Source: Octopus vulgaris
Lineage: Eukaryota
Assembly: GCA_951406725.2 (NCBI GenBank)
Contig: OX597815.1
Location: forward strand, 34,100,001-34,164,000
DNA: 64,000 nucleotides
Reading direction: 5' to 3'
Position numbers and translations under genes: made by a program. Of this stretch, positions 60,428 to 64,000 are shown piece after piece. The notes under the pieces were generated by a model, which saw nothing but the letters and a program-made list of their open reading frames with translations, had not been told where the DNA came from and ran no database searches. Each line of letters begins with the position of its first letter. Positions within the stretch are counted from its first letter, which is position 1.

Positions 60428-60660
60428 ACTCTTACTCTTTTACTCTTTTACTTATCTAAGTCATTTGACTGCGGCCATGCTGGTGCACCGCTTTAAAGAG
60501 TTTTTTGTCGAAGAAATCGATTCAGGGACTTATTCTTTGTAAACCTAGTACTTATTCTATTGTAATCTGTTGTCGAACCGCTAATTTACTGGGGCTTTAA
60601 TACACCAGCATCGGTTGTCAACCGATGGTGAGGGGACAAACACAGACTCAAAGACACACA
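60428..60660 (-). mobile_element. SINE family B, 3' half
   Basis: ctcttttactcttttactt...gtcatttgactgcggccatgctgg...gggacaaacacagac. Confidence 0.85.
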
Positions 60661-60725
60661 CACCTAAATATATACATACACACACACACGCGCGCGCACA
60701 CACACATACACACACGTACAGACAT

Positions 60726-60761
<36 letters not shown>

Positions 60762-60772
60762 GTGAAAACAAA

Positions 60773-61120
60773 AAGTGGAAGAGAAATGGTGTAATCTTTC
60801 ACCACAACTTTCTCTCACTCTTTCTTCCTGTTTCTGTTGTATCTGTATTTCAAACTCTGTGTCACGCTGAATCTTCCCGAGAACTACGTTAAGGGTACAC
60901 GTGTCTGTGGAGTGCTCAGCCACTTGCACGTTAGTAAATGAGCTGCGACGTCACTGGTGCCAAGCTGTATCTGCGTTTGCCTTTCCCTTGGATAACATCG
61001 GTGGCTTGGAGAGGGGAGGCTGGTATGCGTGGGCGACTGCTGGTCTTCCTTAAACAACCTTGCTCTGACTTGTGCTTCGGAGGTGCAATCCCATGATCAT
61101 TCATGACCGAAGGGGGTCAC
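60773..61120 (+). mobile_element. SINE family C fragment (60773-60932) fused to another GC-richer repeat fragment
   Basis: ctttcaccacaactttctctcactc...gagtgctcagccacttgcacgtta is the reverse complement of part of 9400-9550. Confidence 0.65.
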
Positions 61121-61134
61121 AATATATATATATA

Positions 61135-61182
<48 letters not shown>

Positions 61183-61457
61183 CGACGGGCTTCTTTCAGA
61201 GCACCAAAATCTTTTAAGTACTTAAGGTCTCTGTGGTTCTTAATCCGACCCTGCATTTTGCCGTAGAAAATCTGCCTCAACGAAAACCGTTTGACCTTGG
61301 AAGACAGAAAGATCGGAAAAAAAAAACAATGATGACGATATGTATTAATCATTGTTGCTCGATCGATCGCACGTAGTGAGAAGCAGTGACTGGCTGAATG
61401 AAATTTTTTCGAATATACAATCAGTAATATATAATTATATATGATATATAATAATAT

Positions 61458-61590
61458 AGGCGCAGGCGTGGTTGTGTAGTTCCGGTTTCAGTCCCATTGC
61501 GTGACACCTTGGGTGTCTTCCACTATATAACCACAGACCAGAGCCTTAGGGATGGATTTGATGGGCGGAAACTGAAAGAAGCTCGTCGTA
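61458..61590 (+). mobile_element. SINE family B head, diverged
   Basis: ggcgcaggcgtggttgtgt...cagtcccattgcgtgacaccttggg...ggaaactgaaagaagctcgtcg. Confidence 0.8.
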
Positions 61591-61593
61591 TAC

Positions 61594-61661
<68 letters not shown>

Positions 61662-61671
61662 ATAAGTTTCT

Positions 61672-61920
61672 GAGCGAGATGTAAACAGTAGTAGCACGAC
61701 ATCGTGAAGTATGTTTGCCACCTACATGTGGTTGACCCATACGGGACGATGCTACTGTTGTTTATAGCCCTAGGAAGACATCTCCTCCGGCTGGCTTACG
61801 TCACACTGTCTGTGTCTGATCAGTATTTGTGAAGGCAAATCATCGTTCCCACCTCTAGCCTTACGTGATACACGCGCATCCGGGTTTCTGAGTAATAATC
61901 TGTCATCAGCGTGTGACAAT
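61672..61920 (-). mobile_element. Penelope-like terminal repeat (pLTR) with a hammerhead-like motif, copy 1
   Basis: Shared with 62496-62772. The minus strand of 61871-61915 reads cacacg-CTGATGA-cagattattactca-GAAA-cccggatg-cgcgtg. Confidence 0.6.
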
Positions 61921-62045
61921 CCCCAGCTTGGAATGAGAACTGATTCCAAACGCAAAATACTGTATGCTTTTTCCAGTGACAAACCGTCGCTGGTCTCGAA
62001 AAAGGTGAGACAAGCAATAATAAATTTCTGAGCCAGATGCAAACA

Positions 62046-62116
<71 letters not shown>

Positions 62117-62117
62117 T

Positions 62118-62496
62118 ACTCTTTTTTTACTGGTTTCAGTCATTTGACTGTGGCCATGCTGGAGCACCGCCTTTAGTCGAGCAAATCGACCTCAGGACTT
62201 ATTCTTTGTAAGGCTAGTACTTATTCTATCGGTATCTTTTGCCGAACCGCTAAGTTACGGGGACGTAAACACAACAGCATCAGTTGTCAAGCGATGTTGA
62301 GGGGACAAACACAGACACACAAACATACACACACATACATATACATATATATACATATATACGACGGGCTTCTTTCAGTTTCCGTCTACCAGATCCACTC
62401 ACAAGGCTTTAGTCTGCCCGAGGCTATAGTAGAAGGCACTTGCCCAAGGTACCACGCAGTGGGACTGAACTTGGAACCATGTGGTTGGTGAGCAAG
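62118..62496 (-). mobile_element. SINE family B with the 5' end truncated at the adjacent repeat
   Basis: Matches 14046-14460; ends at gtggttggtgagcaag. Confidence 0.9.
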
Positions 62497-62772
62497 AGCG
62501 GGATGTAAACAGTAGCAGCACAACATCCACCTAAATGTGGCTGTCCCATATGGGACGACGCTACTGTTGTCACACGCTGATGAGGAGTTGGTACCAGAAA
62601 CCCGGATCCGTGTGTATTACGTAAATCTAGAGATGAGAACGATGATTTCCCTTTGCAAATACTGATCGGGCACAGACAGTGTGTCGTTAACCAGCTGGAG
62701 GAGATGCCTTCCTGGGGCTATAAACAACAGCAGCGTCGTCCCATATGGGTCAGCCATATTTAGGTGGCAAAT
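62496..62772 (+). mobile_element. Penelope-like terminal repeat, copy 2, with an inverted partial duplication
   Basis: 62528-62570 is the diverged reverse complement of ~62723-62766. The remainder is the reverse complement of 61715-61920. Confidence 0.6.
62571..62614 (+). ncRNA. Minimal type I hammerhead ribozyme-like motif
   Basis: cacacg / CTGATGA / ggagttggtacca / GAAA / cccgg / ATC / cgtgtg, with a perfect 6-bp stem I. Stems II and III are imperfect. Confidence 0.55.
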
Positions 62773-62810
62773 ATACATATATATATATGTCTGTGTGTGT
62801 GCGTGCATGC

Positions 62811-62843
<33 letters not shown>

Positions 62844-62859
62844 CGTGTGTGCGCGTCCA

Positions 62860-63033
62860 CCACTACTTCTTGACAATTAGTGTGGTGTGTTTAGGTCCCT
62901 GTGGCTTAACAGTTCGGCAAAATAGAATGATAGAACAGGTGCCAGGTTTAAATAAGGAAAAAGTACTGGGGTCGACTAAAAATTCCGTGCCCCAGCATGG
63001 CCTCAGTCTAATGACTGAAAACAATTAAAAGAT
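62860..63033 (+). mobile_element. SINE family B, old 3' half
   Basis: cagttcggcaaaatag...ggggtcgact...cccagcatggcctcagtctaatgactgaaa. Confidence 0.7.
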
Positions 63034-63159
63034 AAATATATATATATGTATATATGTTATCATACATAAACATTTATTGCGTCCCTCAAAACACATCCGA
63101 CGAACGCGCAGCCATACAGAAAAAAATACTCACATACGTACAACCATTAACTCACTCTC

Positions 63160-63179
63160 AGTATCTATCTATCTATCTA

Positions 63180-63248
<69 letters not shown>

Positions 63249-63546
63249 GTCTGTCTGTCTGTCTGTCTGTCTGCCTGCCTGCCTGCCTGCCTGCCTGTCT
63301 GTCTGTCTGTCTGCCTGCCTGTCTGCCTGCCTGCCTGTCTGTCTGTCTGTCTGCCTGCCTGTCTGTCTGTCTCTCTGTCTGCCTGTCTGCCTGCCTGTCT
63401 GTCTGTCTGTCTCACTGTCTGTCAGTCTGTCTGACTGTCTGTTTCTCTTTCTCTCCACTCACACACAGACATATACATATACACACACAGACACAGACAC
63501 ATATATATATACATATATGTATGTATATATGTGTATATATATACAT

Positions 63547-63613
<67 letters not shown>

Positions 63614-63615
63614 CT
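63160..63615. repeat. (TATC)n-(TGTC)n-(TGCC)n, then (CA)/(TA) microsatellites
   Basis: Direct reading. Confidence 0.93.
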
Positions 63616-63636
63616 TATACATATATACCCTTATAC

Positions 63637-63796
63637 AGCGGGAGTGGCTGTGTGGTAAGTAGCTTGCTAATCAACCACATGGTTCCGGGTTCAGTCCCAC
63701 TGCGTGGCATCTTGGGCAAGTGCCTTCTGCTATAGCCTCGGGCCGACCAATGCCTTGTGAGTGGATTTGGTAGACGGAAACTGAAAGAAGCCTGTC

Positions 63797-63844
<48 letters not shown>

Positions 63845-64000
63845 GTGTGTCTGTGTTTGTCCCCCTAGCATTGCTTGACAACCGATGACTGATGTGTTTA
63901 CGTCCCCGTCACCTAGCGGTTCGGCAAAAAGAGACCGATAGAATAAGTACGGGGCTTACAAAGAATAAGTCCCGGAGTCGATTTGTTCGACTAAAGGCGG
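63637..64000 (+). mobile_element. SINE family B, running off the window end
   Basis: gcgggagtggctgtgtggtaagtagcttg...cgactaaaggcgg. Confidence 0.93.

Overview
This is eukaryotic, very AT-rich, repeat-dominated DNA. Dense compound microsatellites, tRNA-headed SINEs resembling the octopus OK/OR families and a YHCDxCGKxF-type C2H2 remnant suggest an octopus genome, but the species is inferred. I find no intact protein-coding gene, rRNA, canonical tRNA or CRISPR array, and most listed ORFs are translations of microsatellites or SINEs. Decayed transposon coding fragments include an R4/Dong-type RLE LINE end, a Gypsy protease-RT-RNaseH-integrase, a Penelope RT, Tc1 and mariner transposases and a probable Helitron helicase. 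Also present are a structurally complete non-autonomous Helitron, a long-TIR MITE, about 30 SINE copies or fragments, and a C2H2 zinc-finger pseudogene. The most interesting signals are hammerhead-ribozyme-like cores in Penelope-type terminal repeats, recurrent fold-back structures, modular and multimeric SINEs, a tandem repeat carrying Pol III boxes, and two tight transcription-factor motif clusters. All calls were made by eye with no searches run, and boundaries of decayed elements are approximate.
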